64,000 nt of DNA from Aeromonadaceae bacterium. GTDB lineage: Bacteria; Pseudomonadota; Gammaproteobacteria; Enterobacterales; Aeromonadaceae. A program made the position numbers and the translations under genes. The stretch is from positions 1,149 through 65,148 of the forward strand of contig JAYROM010000144.1 in assembly GCA_041911695.1 (NCBI GenBank). Direction: 5' to 3'. This document shows, in pieces, positions 24,762 through 34,580 of the stretch (position 1 is its first letter; every line of letters starts with the position of its first letter). The notes below the pieces were generated by a model. It was not told where the DNA came from, did no database searches, and saw nothing but the letters and a program-made list of their open reading frames with translations.

Positions 24762-27191
24762 TTACAGGCTGGCGCAGATGCTCCACAAGTCGGCCTGGAT
24801 GGCCGCCGCAGTCACTTCGCGTCCGGCGCCCGGCCCTTGCAGGATCAGCGGGTTGGTGCGATACCAGTCGGTCTCGACGGCGAAGATGTTGTCGCACGGT
24901 CGCAGGTTGACGAACGGATGGTGCGGCTCAAGCGCTTCGAGCCCGACCGTAGCCTTACCATCACGCTGCAGGCGCGCCACATAGCGCAATACCCGCTCAT
25001 GGCTATCGGCCTCTTCAATCTGGTCCAGCAACGGTTCATCCATCGCGGCCAGCTGCTCCATAAACTGTTCACGGCTGACCTTGCGCAATGCTGGCGGCAC
25101 CAGATTCTGCAGGCTGATCTGCTCCGGCTCGAGCTGGAAACCCGCCTCGCGGGCCAGAATCAGCAGTTTGCGGCGCACATCCTGCCCGGAGAGATCCTCG
25201 CGCGGATCGGGTTCGGTCAAGCCATGCTGCCACGCCTCCTCCACCAGCTCAGAGAACGGTCGACTGCCATCATACTGCTGGAACAACCAGCTCAGGGTGC
25301 CGGAGAAGATACCACTGATGCCGTGGATGCGATCCCCGGAGTGCGAGAACATCTGCAGGGTGCTCTGGATCGGCAGCCCGGCGCCGACGGTGGCGTTGTA
25401 ACGCCACTGACGCTGGTGATCAGCAAAGCTCTGGCGGATACGTTGATACAGCTCATCCGGCGCCGAACCGGCAAATTTATTGGCCGTCACCAAATGGGCG
25501 CCGAGCTGGGCCAGCTCCGGGTAGGCGGCACTCAGCTCCTCGCTGGCCGTCAGGTCAATCGCAATCAAATCATCGAAGCTGTGTTGCTCAATCTGCGCGA
25601 CCGTCTCCGCCCAGGTAAAGGGTTGCGGATGGAAGTTGTCGATCATCTGCAGCGCCGGCAACCCGCTATCGCTAACCATACCGCCACGGCTGTCAAATAC
25701 CGCATACAGGGTCAGTTGTAGCGAATGCTCGTGCTCGAGTCGAGCCTTCTCGCGCTCAAACAGTTGCAGCCACTGAGTTCCGATATTGCCGCGACCAAAC
25801 AGCACAATGCCAACGCGACGGGTGTGATGAAACAGGCTGGCATGCAGCGCCAGCAGCAGTGGCTCAAGGGTGATCTCGCGCACCACGGCAATCAGGCTCA
25901 GTCCATCACGACCGGTCTGAATAAACTCCAGCGGCTGATCGGCGAGCAGACGATAGAAACGGTGACACTGTTCCGCCTGGTCACACACCCCGGCACCAAC
26001 CAGCGCCAGCAGGCTATAACCATCGCGACGGATCAGCCCGGTAAAACCATCCTCCTGCTGGGCGGCCTCCAGAATGGCCAGCGCATTCGGCGCCACCTCC
26101 GGAGTGTAGGCCAGGCGCAGGATGCGGCGGTCCGCCTGTAGATGACAGGAGAGCGGTGCCATCTGATGATCCGCCAGACGCTGTTCGATGCTCGCCACTG
26201 CCTGAGCATAGTCGCGATGCGGCAGCACCTTGAGCTCGAGCAGCACCACTTGATCCAGCGAGGTGATGATCCGCGCCCCCTTGACCTGTGACTTGCGACG
26301 CAATATCAGCGTCGAGCCAGATTGCGCATCATAGCTGCAGCGCAATGCCAGCCGTTGCTGACTGTCGATCACCGGTTGCAGAGTGCGGCTATGCAGTACC
26401 GGCGAGCCCAAGCGGGCCAGCTCATTGGCCTCGGCCAGCGACAGGCGCTCGAGCAGATGGGCCGATTTCACCCGACGCGGGTCAGCACTGTAGACGCCAG
26501 CGACATCACTCCAGATGGTGGTGGCTTCCGCCCCGGCCAGCGCGCCGAGCAGGGTGGCGGAGTAGTCCGAGCCATTCCGGCCAAGCAGCAGGGTACGGCC
26601 CTGGGCATTGGCGGCGATAAAACCAGTGACGACCACATATTGGGTGCCCAGGCGCGCCAGTTCGGCCTGCAGCCGCTCGCGGGACGCCGGGACATTGACC
26701 CGTGCCAGCGCGGCCTCTTCGGCAAGCAGAAATTGGCGGGCATCCAGCCAGTCGGCCTGATTACCGCGCTCCTGCAACAACGCCGCCAGCAGCCGCGCTG
26801 ACCACACCTCGCCAAACGACATAATGCGGTTGCGCTCCAGCGCATCGAGCGGAGTTTGCAAGCTGCGGGTGATGTTATCCAGATCGTCCTGCAGCGCCGC
26901 CGATAACTGTTGACGCCGCTCCGCCTCCAGCAGGCCATCAATCAACCCCTGCTGGTAGGACTGCAAGGCGCCGAACACAGCCGGCAGGGCATGGTCACCA
27001 CTCTCGCTCAGTTCCAGCACCTGGATCAGGCGGTTGGTGGTCTTGCCAGCGGCCGAGACCACGATCAACTCATCGCCTCGCCCCTGCTGCTCAATCAGGC
27101 CCGCGACCCGACGATAGCAACCGGGATCGGCCAGACTGCTGCCACCAAACTTGTGCACCTGCCGCCCTTGAGGCGCCGTGAACTGCTGCAT
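24762..27191 (-). CDS. metL: Bifunctional aspartate kinase II/homoserine dehydrogenase II
   Basis: HKFGGSSLAD, LGRNGSDYSA, FGRGNIG, NATVGAGLP, GPGAGREVTA; follows metB. Confidence 0.96.
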   Translation of the reverse strand: MQQFTAPQGRQVHKFGGSSLADPGCYRRVAGLIEQQGRGDELIVVSAAGKTTNRLIQVLELSESGDHALPAVFGALQSYQQGLIDGLLEAERRQQLSAALQDDLDNITRSLQTPLDALERNRIMSFGEVWSARLLAALLQERGNQADWLDARQFLLAEEAALARVNVPASRERLQAELARLGTQYVVVTGFIAANAQGRTLLLGRNGSDYSATLLGALAGAEATTIWSDVAGVYSADPRRVKSAHLLERLSLAEANELARLGSPVLHSRTLQPVIDSQQRLALRCSYDAQSGSTLILRRKSQVKGARIITSLDQVVLLELKVLPHRDYAQAVASIEQRLADHQMAPLSCHLQADRRILRLAYTPEVAPNALAILEAAQQEDGFTGLIRRDGYSLLALVGAGVCDQAEQCHRFYRLLADQPLEFIQTGRDGLSLIAVVREITLEPLLLALHASLFHHTRRVGIVLFGRGNIGTQWLQLFEREKARLEHEHSLQLTLYAVFDSRGGMVSDSGLPALQMIDNFHPQPFTWAETVAQIEQHSFDDLIAIDLTASEELSAAYPELAQLGAHLVTANKFAGSAPDELYQRIRQSFADHQRQWRYNATVGAGLPIQSTLQMFSHSGDRIHGISGIFSGTLSWLFQQYDGSRPFSELVEEAWQHGLTEPDPREDLSGQDVRRKLLILAREAGFQLEPEQISLQNLVPPALRKVSREQFMEQLAAMDEPLLDQIEEADSHERVLRYVARLQRDGKATVGLEALEPHHPFVNLRPCDNIFAVETDWYRTNPLILQGPGAGREVTAAAIQADLWSICASL

Positions 27192-27251
27192 AACTTCCTC
27201 GCTCAACAAACCTGCTTGACTGGACACCCGCGGCACAACGCCGGCCGCGGT

Positions 27252-28415
27252 TTACCGTACGGCACAGGCAAACGCCTGCGCCAGGTCGGCGATCAGATCA
27301 TCGATATGCTCGATGCCGACCGACAACCGCAATAATTGATCAGAAATCCCGGCACGACGACGCGCCTCGGGATCCATCCCCGCATGGGTCATGCTGGCCG
27401 GATGGGCCACCAGGCTTTCTACCCCACCGAGCGACTCGGCGAGGTTAAACAACTCCAGCGCGCCAAGGAAGCGTTGCATCTGCGCCAGATCAAACTCCAC
27501 TTCGAAACTGACCATGGCCCCGAAGCCGCTTTGCTGGCGACAGGCAATCGCATGCCCCGGATGGTCCGCTAACCCCGGGTAATAGAGACGCGACACCTGC
27601 GGCACCTGTTGCAACCAGGCCACCAGTGCCTGGGCATTTTCCTGATGCTGGCGCATGCGCGGCGCCAGGGTGCGCAGACCCCGCAAGGTCAGGTAGGCGT
27701 CAAAGGCCCCGCCGGTATGGCCCAGACAGTTGCCCCACCAGGAGAGGGTCTCGTGCAGTTCCGCACTGCCAGCAATCACTGCCCCGCCGACCACATCGGA
27801 GTGGCCATTGATGTACTTGGTGGTCGAATGGACCACGATATCCGCCCCCAGCGCCAGCGGTTGCTGCAGCAACGGCGACAAGAAGGTGTTATCGACCGCG
27901 GTCAGCGCGCCGGCAGCCTGCGCCTGCTGGCACAGCGCCGCGACATCGACCACGCGTAACAGCGGATTGGACGGGGTTTCGATCCACACCAGTGTCGGCT
28001 GCTGCGCCAGCGCATCCGCCACCGCAGCGGCATCGCCCTGATCGACAAACAGCACGCGATAGTGACCGCGTGCGGCCATATGCTGGAACAGACGATAGGT
28101 GCCACCATAACAGTCGTGCGGCGCCACCAGCAGGTCGTCCGGTTTGAGCAACGCCAGGGTCACCAGGTTGATCGCCCCCATGCCGGTGCCGGTGAACACG
28201 CAACCGACGCCCCCTTCGAGGGCCGCCAGCGCGTCATTCAGCGTCTGTCGGGTCGGATTGCCGGAGCGGCTGTAATCAAACTGCCGCTTTTCACCATAGC
28301 CGGCAAAGGTATAGTTGGTAGACAGATAAATGGGGGGGACCACGGCACCGAATCCGGTATCTTCGCCGATGCCTGATTTGACCGCGCGGGTCTCCTGTTT
28401 GTAGTGCTGCGACAT
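27252..28415 (-). CDS. metB: Cystathionine gamma-synthase
   Basis: YSRSGNPTR, ETPSNP, DNTFLSP, HSTTKYINGHSD, LAESLGGVESL. Confidence 0.96.
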   Translation of the reverse strand: MSQHYKQETRAVKSGIGEDTGFGAVVPPIYLSTNYTFAGYGEKRQFDYSRSGNPTRQTLNDALAALEGGVGCVFTGTGMGAINLVTLALLKPDDLLVAPHDCYGGTYRLFQHMAARGHYRVLFVDQGDAAAVADALAQQPTLVWIETPSNPLLRVVDVAALCQQAQAAGALTAVDNTFLSPLLQQPLALGADIVVHSTTKYINGHSDVVGGAVIAGSAELHETLSWWGNCLGHTGGAFDAYLTLRGLRTLAPRMRQHQENAQALVAWLQQVPQVSRLYYPGLADHPGHAIACRQQSGFGAMVSFEVEFDLAQMQRFLGALELFNLAESLGGVESLVAHPASMTHAGMDPEARRRAGISDQLLRLSVGIEHIDDLIADLAQAFACAVR

Positions 28416-28484
28416 ATGGACGCTCCGTGTTCCCTGACCAGTGACAGATTCATTTTTCCTGCATCACGATACCACGTCGACATA

Positions 28485-28516
28485 AGACGTCAATCCTTCT
28501 GGACGTCTAAATGGCT
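28485..28516. promoter_or_regulatory. Four tandem Met boxes (MetJ operator)
   Basis: AGACGTCA-ATCCTTCT-GGACGTCT-AAATGGCT versus consensus AGACGTCT, in 8-bp phase between metB and metJ. Confidence 0.88.
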
Positions 28517-28587
28517 TTGCTGTTGGATTGCCATTACAACCCTTACGGGTTACACTGCCGAGTGATAATTCAGCCTAAAGGTGGGAT

Positions 28588-28908
28588 ATGAAAACTGAGT
28601 GGAATGGTGATTATGTTAGTCCTTATGCCGAACATGGCAAAAAGAGCGAGCAGGTCAAAAAGATCACTGTCTCCATCCCGTTGAAGGTGCTGAAAATCCT
28701 GACCGACGAGCGCACCCGCCGTCAGGTCAACAACCTGCGCCATGCCACCAACAGCGAACTGCTGTGCGAAGCCTTCCTGCATGCCTTTACCGGCCAGCCA
28801 TTGCCGTGTGACGAGGACTTGCGCAAGGATCGACCAGACACTATCCCGACCAGTGCACAGCGCATCATGAATGAACTGGGCAAGCCGATCGAGAACTTCG
28901 ACGACTAG
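28588..28908 (+). CDS. metJ: Methionine repressor
   Basis: [43 protein letters not shown]. Confidence 0.98.
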   Translation: MKTEWNGDYVSPYAEHGKKSEQVKKITVSIPLKVLKILTDERTRRQVNNLRHATNSELLCEAFLHAFTGQPLPCDEDLRKDRPDTIPTSAQRIMNELGKPIENFDD

Positions 28909-28951
28909 CGTGGCGATGATAGACATTGCTGACCCGTCGATGGGGATGGGA

Positions 28952-28978
28952 AAGAGGCGACCTGCAGGTCGCCTTTTT
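28952..28978 (+). terminator. metJ terminator
   Basis: AGAGGCGACC-TGCA-GGTCGCCTTT-TT. Confidence 0.85.
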
Positions 28979-29025
28979 GTTGCCGGTCATCCTGCGCCAA
29001 GTCAGCGCACAGCCGATCGACAGAC

Positions 29026-29137
29026 AAAAAAAGGCGGCCCATTAAGGGCCGCAGACAGAACTGTGTGTATTCGCACAAGGAGACACCAGAACCACAGTGG
29101 ATGTGTTGCCTGTAAACCGACGTAGGCGTTCGGCTAC
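29026..29137 (-). ncRNA. Candidate small regulatory RNA (~112 nt), family not recognised
   Basis: CTGACG-17-TAGTAT promoter (29173-29145), 5' hairpin, middle stem-loop carrying UCUCCUU, and GCGGCCC-UUAAU-GGGCCGC-C-U7 terminator. Confidence 0.55.
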
Positions 29138-29199
29138 GAGGTTCATACTAGGCCACTCTGTCATGACCGTCAGTGACCGAAACCCTTTTCTCCGACAGC

Positions 29200-29754
29200 T
29201 TATTCCCCTTGCTGTGCCAGCCAGCGCAGCGCCAGCAGCAAGGCGGAGATACTGCGGGTATCGTGAAACGCCGGGTCATCGAGCAAGGCTTCTGCCTCCG
29301 CCAGGGGCCAGGTCACCAGCTCCAGCGGTTCGGGCTCATCGCCTTCGCGCTGTTCCGGATAGAGATCACGCGCCAACAGCAACGACATGCGGCTGGACAT
29401 GAAACCCGGCGCCAGCGAAATGTCACGCAACGGCACCAGTTGACGAGCGCCCCAGCCGGTCTCTTCCATCAGCTCACGATTCCCCGCTTCCATCGCATTC
29501 TCGCCGGCATCAATCACCCCCTTGGGGAAGCCCAACTCATAGGCATGAGTGCCGGCGGCATATTCACGCACCAGCAGCAACTGGCCATCCGCCCGCAGCG
29601 GCACGACCATCACGGCACCATGCCCGCCCCCCTGCAGCCGTTCGTAAATACGCTCCGTGCCGTTGGCAAACCGCAGGTGCAGGGCCTCAACCTTGAACAG
29701 TCGACTCTGGGCCACGATCTCCTGCGTCAATATTTGCGGTTTTTTCCGTTCCAT
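29200..29754 (-). CDS. nudE: ADP-compounds hydrolase NudE
   Basis: MERKKPQIL..SRLFKVE..REYAAGT..ELGFPKG..NRELMEETG (Nudix box)..GDEPEPL. Confidence 0.93.
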   Translation of the reverse strand: MERKKPQILTQEIVAQSRLFKVEALHLRFANGTERIYERLQGGGHGAVMVVPLRADGQLLLVREYAAGTHAYELGFPKGVIDAGENAMEAGNRELMEETGWGARQLVPLRDISLAPGFMSSRMSLLLARDLYPEQREGDEPEPLELVTWPLAEAEALLDDPAFHDTRSISALLLALRWLAQQGE

Positions 29755-29826
29755 CTCTGTTCGGCTATAATCGCCGCCTCCGCCTGCCATCAGGCCATTG
29801 TAAGCAACCACCCGGGAAAGAACAGC

Positions 29827-30516
29827 ATGCTTGACTGGCAACGCATCGATACCGTCCTGCTGGACATGGACGGCACCCTGATCGACCTGCATTTCGACAA
29901 CCACTTCTGGCAGCAGTTGGTGCCAGAGGTGTGGGGGGCCCAGCGCGGACTGACGCCAGCCGAAGCCAAGCAGGCGCTGGCCCCGGTGTTCGACGCTGTG
30001 GCCGGCACGCTCGACTGGTACTGCCTGGATTATTGGCAACGAACATTACAACTCGACATCATGGCACTGAAACAGACCCTGCGTAGCCGCATCCGCTGGC
30101 GCCCGGCGGCGCAGGCGTTCTTGCAACAGTTACGGGCCAGCGGCCGACGTTGCTATCTGTTTACCAATGCCCATCCGGACAGTCTGGCGCTGAAACAGCA
30201 AGAGACCGGACTACAAGATTGGCTGGATGGGGTCTATTCCACCCATCAGTTTGGTGTGCCGAAAGAGGATCCGGCCTGCTGGCAGGCACTGCAACATGAA
30301 CTGGGTTATGACCCGGCGCGCACCCTGTTTGTCGATGACTCCGCCCGCATCCTCGCCGCAGCCCGCGCGGCAGGCATTGGCCAGGTACTGGGGATTCTGA
30401 CCCCGGACAGCCAGCAGCCAGCCCAACAGTTGGATCAGGTGACGGCGATTGCCGACTACCAGGAAGTGCTTCCGGCGCTCAAGGCAGATACCCAGCGCCG
30501 GCGGGCTGCGTTATAA
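29827..30516 (+). CDS. yrfG: GMP/IMP nucleotidase (HAD family)
   Basis: MLDWQRIDTVLLDMDGTLIDLHFDNHFW..GTLDWYCLDYW..TNAH..FVDD. Confidence 0.93.
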   Translation: MLDWQRIDTVLLDMDGTLIDLHFDNHFWQQLVPEVWGAQRGLTPAEAKQALAPVFDAVAGTLDWYCLDYWQRTLQLDIMALKQTLRSRIRWRPAAQAFLQQLRASGRRCYLFTNAHPDSLALKQQETGLQDWLDGVYSTHQFGVPKEDPACWQALQHELGYDPARTLFVDDSARILAAARAAGIGQVLGILTPDSQQPAQQLDQVTAIADYQEVLPALKADTQRRRAAL

Positions 30517-31263
30517 ACGACCGCTCTGTTTGAGCCGCACCGCCCCTTGGCTATCTCGCGGGCCAATCATGTCGATCCCCTGACGGTAAGCCGCCGCCAG
30601 GCTGCTGGCCGGGAACAGTTTGGCATCCACCTGATAATCGCCTTGATTGCCGATCTCGGCACGACCTTCGGTGCGTAACTGGGTCGAGGACTGTTTGACC
30701 TCGGCCTGCCAACGCCCCTTGGCACAAGACAACTGCGCCTGCACGGTATCCAGATCCAGAGGACCAAATGGCGACGTGACGCCAGCCCCCTGCCATATCA
30801 GACGCCCGGCCAACGATTGACAGACCCCTTGCGGGGTCACGGTCAGCGCACCATCACGCCAGGTCAAGGTCCCGGCCGGCACCACAGGTAACGGTGCAGG
30901 TGACTGCATCACCAGCCAGCCAGCGTCGGCCTGCAGCTGGACATCGCGCAGCACCACACCCTGTTGCCAGGCCACTTGTGCCTCGCCGAGCAGGCCGTTG
31001 CGATCCTCAAACTTCAACGCCACCGCGGGTTCAAGACGCAGCAGGTGGCTCACCAGCAGCTCCCAGCGCACGGCATGCAGGCTATATCGCTGCCAGCGCA
31101 CCGTGTCCACCCGGCCTTGCCACACCGTCCCCTGCACCCCGTCCAGCTGTAATGCCGGTGGCAAAGGCAGCCGCGCCAACAGCCGATCAGCCGGCAGTTG
31201 CGCCAGCAGAAACAGCAGATAACACAGCAGACCACCGCCGACTAACAGGATTTTGTTCTTCAT
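30511..31263 (-). CDS. gspN: Type II secretion protein N (ExeN)
   Basis: N-terminal TM, GVQGTVWQG motif; last gene of the gsp operon. Confidence 0.88.
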   Translation of the reverse strand: MKNKILLVGGGLLCYLLFLLAQLPADRLLARLPLPPALQLDGVQGTVWQGRVDTVRWQRYSLHAVRWELLVSHLLRLEPAVALKFEDRNGLLGEAQVAWQQGVVLRDVQLQADAGWLVMQSPAPLPVVPAGTLTWRDGALTVTPQGVCQSLAGRLIWQGAGVTSPFGPLDLDTVQAQLSCAKGRWQAEVKQSSTQLRTEGRAEIGNQGDYQVDAKLFPASSLAAAYRQGIDMIGPRDSQGAVRLKQSGRL

Positions 31264-31733
31264 TCCGCCCGTCCTACCTGCAAGCGTCGTACCCGGACGC
31301 GTCCCTTGCCATCTTCAGCCACCAGCTCAAGCAGGGTGGCCTGTACTGCATAATCGCGCTCCATGCGTGCCAGCCAGTTGACCAGCCGGTCAAATTCGAG
31401 CACGCCCGGCTCAACCTGCAGTTGCTTATCTAACGGCTGTAAACGGGTCAAGGTAATCCCGGCTTGGCGGGCCGTCTGATTGACCACGGCCTCCAACGTC
31501 AGGCTGCGGTCCGGGGCCGGGCCACTTGGCCGACCAGCCTGCACCGCCCCCGCATGCTGTAGCATCCAGGCCAAGGTCTCACGCTGGGTATGTAACTGAC
31601 GCTCGGCGTCATCATGCTGCGCACGAAACGGGGCTATCACCCCCCACCAGATCAGCGCCAATAGCACGGCGGCGCCCATGCCGATTACCAATCGCCGCTC
31701 GCGCGCCGAGATGCCATACCACCAGCGCTTCAT
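31260..31733 (-). CDS. gspM: Type II secretion protein M (ExeM)
   Basis: WWYGISARERRL + TM; FDRLVNWL. Confidence 0.9.
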   Translation of the reverse strand: MKRWWYGISARERRLVIGMGAAVLLALIWWGVIAPFRAQHDDAERQLHTQRETLAWMLQHAGAVQAGRPSGPAPDRSLTLEAVVNQTARQAGITLTRLQPLDKQLQVEPGVLEFDRLVNWLARMERDYAVQATLLELVAEDGKGRVRVRRLQVGRAE

Positions 31734-32917
31734 GATTTACTCCTTAACACCAAGGTCCCTTGCACCTTGTCACCCACGGTCTTCATATCCCCCGGGCGCA
31801 CCTCGAACTCGGTCGCAGCCAGTTCGCGGAAGCGATCAAACTCCTGATAACCGCTGGCCGTGGCCTGAATACGTAACTCACCGCGGACGCCATCGTAGCG
31901 CAGTTGGTCAGGACGCAAGCCTGGTACCTGGGCAAACAGGGGGGCCAAGCTGGTCAGCGCCTGTACGGTCGACGGCAAGCCGGTGTTTCCACTCGCCACT
32001 TTGAGATGCTGGTTCATCTGGCTGCGCGGATTGATCACTCGCTGCTCACCGGGGAACAGCTGGCGATAGAGCTGCACGGTCTGTGCACGAACACGATCGG
32101 CCTCACTGCGCGTGGCTTGTACACTCAACCATTGGTTGAGCAGCCATACCGTCAGCAGTATCCCCGCCGCGATGGCCACCTTACGCCACGGGCGCCACCA
32201 ACGCTGCCACTCCGGCTGCCGGCGATAACGTCCGGTCAGCAAGTTGCCACGCCCTTGCAGGGTGGCCGGCAGCATCAACTGCAACGGCAACTCGGCCGGC
32301 GCAGCCTGCCAGTCACCGGCAACCCCGACCGGGATCGGGCTATAACTGACGACCTGCGGTGGCGGGTCAAAACCGCCGAGCAGCATAGGCAACCAGGAGG
32401 CTTCCGCCTGCATGCCTTGCCAAGCGTTCTGCCGGAACAACCAGCTGTCATGACATTGCACCGCACTCCACTGCCCCGGCTCGGCCAGTGGCAGGGTCAA
32501 CACATCCGGCAACAGGCATTGGGCCACCAATCCGGCCTCACTTAACCAACCTTGCCACTGCGCCATGCGGGTATGCTCAACCGCGACCAGATGTACCTGT
32601 GGCCCCTGCTGATGCAACACCACCAGATGCAACTGCTCAATATCGCTGGCCACCTCCTCCTCGAGCAGATAAGGCAAGGCCTGTAGCGCCTGCCGTCCGC
32701 CGCGACCGGGCAGGGTGACCTCACGGAATAACAGCTCGCTCGCCGGCACCAGCACCCGCACCGGACGCCCGCCAGCCCGCTCATGCAGCGAACTTAATCC
32801 ACCGGCGCCGTCCAGCGTACCGCTGGCAATCAATGTCTGTTCACTGGGCGACCACACCAGCCAATCTACGGGGGCCGCGGCATCCGCACCCAGACGGATC
32901 ACTAAGACTTCGTTCAC
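31730..32917 (-). CDS. gspL: Type II secretion protein L (ExeL)
   Basis: LVIRLG..WLVWS..ALPYLLEE..PDVL..NPRSQM. Confidence 0.92.
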   Translation of the reverse strand: MNEVLVIRLGADAAAPVDWLVWSPSEQTLIASGTLDGAGGLSSLHERAGGRPVRVLVPASELLFREVTLPGRGGRQALQALPYLLEEEVASDIEQLHLVVLHQQGPQVHLVAVEHTRMAQWQGWLSEAGLVAQCLLPDVLTLPLAEPGQWSAVQCHDSWLFRQNAWQGMQAEASWLPMLLGGFDPPPQVVSYSPIPVGVAGDWQAAPAELPLQLMLPATLQGRGNLLTGRYRRQPEWQRWWRPWRKVAIAAGILLTVWLLNQWLSVQATRSEADRVRAQTVQLYRQLFPGEQRVINPRSQMNQHLKVASGNTGLPSTVQALTSLAPLFAQVPGLRPDQLRYDGVRGELRIQATASGYQEFDRFRELAATEFEVRPGDMKTVGDKVQGTLVLRSKS

Positions 32918-33909
32918 TCCAGGCCTCCGAACTGTCGCCGGATGGCGACCACCTTATTGCTCCCCTGTCGTTTGAACAGGGTGGTAAACGCCAGCTGCAA
33001 ATCATCCAGCTCGATTTTCATACGCGCCTCAAAATAACTGCTTTTGATGACGATGGCGCCTGAGAAGGCGGTTTTCTCATCGCTGCTAAGACCGCTCATG
33101 GCCGAGGTAATCGCCGACTCGCTCTTGAAGGTCACCAGATCTTCCCAGCCATCGGTGGGACGGGCGGCCAACAATTCCTGCGCCGACTGCAGCGACAGTT
33201 TACCCAGCAGCAGCGCCGACAGCAGCGCGGCCTGTCCCGTTTTCACCGTATTGATATTCACGGCCAACTCAGTGGTCGGGATGGTGCAGACATAGGGCAA
33301 CAGTTTGCGGTACACCTTGCTACTCACCCCGCGCACGGTACGCAGCTCGCTGACATCGGCCATCGACTGATTGGCCGCCAGATAGGGCACCTTCAGTGAC
33401 TGATACCAGGCATCCTCAGCACCATACCCGGAGCTCATCTCATCATTGCTGTCGACCCAGTCGGCGACCGAGGCCGCCACTTGCTCGGCCTGGCTGTCCT
33501 CCACCCCCACCACCCCCAGCAGACTCTTGAACACCGAGGTGACATAGGCCAGCTTGGTGGTATCCGTGGTGGCAAAGGCATTCAGATTAAAACAGGCCTG
33601 GGCATCGCGGATGCCGCCAGTCAGGGTCGAGTCGCCAATCGGGAACACCTGATTTTCCCGCGCCCAGTATTGGCTGAGATAGGTGCGGGTCGGGCTATCC
33701 TTGATATCTTGATTCAGCACCTTGGCCACCAGCGCTTCCGAGCCGATGGCATACCACTTGGCCTGCTCCATATTGACCACATTACGGCTACGCAACAGGC
33801 TGCTTTGGAAGCGGCTGCTGATCGAGGCTGCCACCACCATCATCAGTGCCAGAATCAGCATGACCACCAGCAGGGCCACCCCACGTTGAGCAGGCATCGA
33901 CGACCTCAT
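32914..33909 (-). CDS. gspK: Type II secretion minor pseudopilin K (ExeK)
   Basis: QRG|VALLVVMLIL, DAQACFNLN, DWVD, LLPYVC, NINT. Confidence 0.93.
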   Translation of the reverse strand: MRSSMPAQRGVALLVVMLILALMMVVAASISSRFQSSLLRSRNVVNMEQAKWYAIGSEALVAKVLNQDIKDSPTRTYLSQYWARENQVFPIGDSTLTGGIRDAQACFNLNAFATTDTTKLAYVTSVFKSLLGVVGVEDSQAEQVAASVADWVDSNDEMSSGYGAEDAWYQSLKVPYLAANQSMADVSELRTVRGVSSKVYRKLLPYVCTIPTTELAVNINTVKTGQAALLSALLLGKLSLQSAQELLAARPTDGWEDLVTFKSESAITSAMSGLSSDEKTAFSGAIVIKSSYFEARMKIELDDLQLAFTTLFKRQGSNKVVAIRRQFGGLE

Positions 33910-34580
33910 GTGCTGCTCCCGGCAATCAGGAACACCCGACGCACGTCGCCGTAATCATCCAGTGTCAGCTGAATTTCGATCCCCTTGGGCAGGGTGGTGG
34001 GTTTACTCCAGGTGGAGACCCACTGCCCGCTGCTATAGAAGCGCAGGCGAAAGGCACTCACCTTGTCCAGCAACGGGGTCACCGTCGGCTCGGTCCCCAC
34101 CGCCGGATCCAGATAGCTGTAGCTGAGTCGCTCCAGCGTATTGTTGCGCAGACGATAGGCAACCCGCTGTAACTGCGAACGTGGCAGCTGACCAGAGGGG
34201 TTGAGCCATCCATTGCGTACAAACGCCACCGACCAGTCATCACTCTGCAGCTGAAACTGCGCCGCGGTGAATACGGCAGTGCTGGTTTCACCATTGTCGC
34301 GGGTGGTGCGCTCGGTGATCTGGCTGAAGTCGCGCTCCATCACATTGAAGACCCGCTGCAACGTGGCCAGTCGTTCGCTGCGATCGCGCATCACCTCATC
34401 ATTGCGCATCACCCCTTGCAGCACCTGATAGGCGCCAAGGCTCAGGCTGGCCATGACCAGCAGGGCGACCAGCACCTCAATCAAGGTGAAGCCCTGCTCG
34501 CTGCGCGGCCGCCGCGACCGTGCATTAACGGGAGACCTCGCTGCGTTCACGGGAGACATAAGTGCGTTAACGGGAGACAT
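33906..34580 (-). CDS. gspJ: Type II secretion minor pseudopilin J (ExeJ); start ambiguous among ATGs at 34601/34580/34559
   Basis: QG|FTLIEVLVAL, ERDFSQ, GWLNP..PRSQLQRVAYRL. Confidence 0.92.
   Translation of the reverse strand: MSPVNALMSPVNAARSPVNARSRRPRSEQGFTLIEVLVALLVMASLSLGAYQVLQGVMRNDEVMRDRSERLATLQRVFNVMERDFSQITERTTRDNGETSTAVFTAAQFQLQSDDWSVAFVRNGWLNPSGQLPRSQLQRVAYRLRNNTLERLSYSYLDPAVGTEPTVTPLLDKVSAFRLRFYSSGQWVSTWSKPTTLPKGIEIQLTLDDYGDVRRVFLIAGSST

Noticed and set aside
24577-24910. ORFs encoding SRLSPLV / RETRGER repeats
   Set aside because: Open only because the heptamer array lacks stop codons; no RBS, and they overlap metL
28912-28934. GATGATAGACATTGCTGAC after metJ, resembling a Fur box or the RyhB core (GACATTGCTCAC)
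   Set aside because: Partial match only, in the metJ 3'UTR with no promoter or remaining RyhB sequence; likely chance
29173-30039. Extended N-termini of yrfG (447 aa) and nudE (279 aa) in the ORF track
   Set aside because: Extensions overlap the divergent partner; family similarity starts at 29827 and 29754
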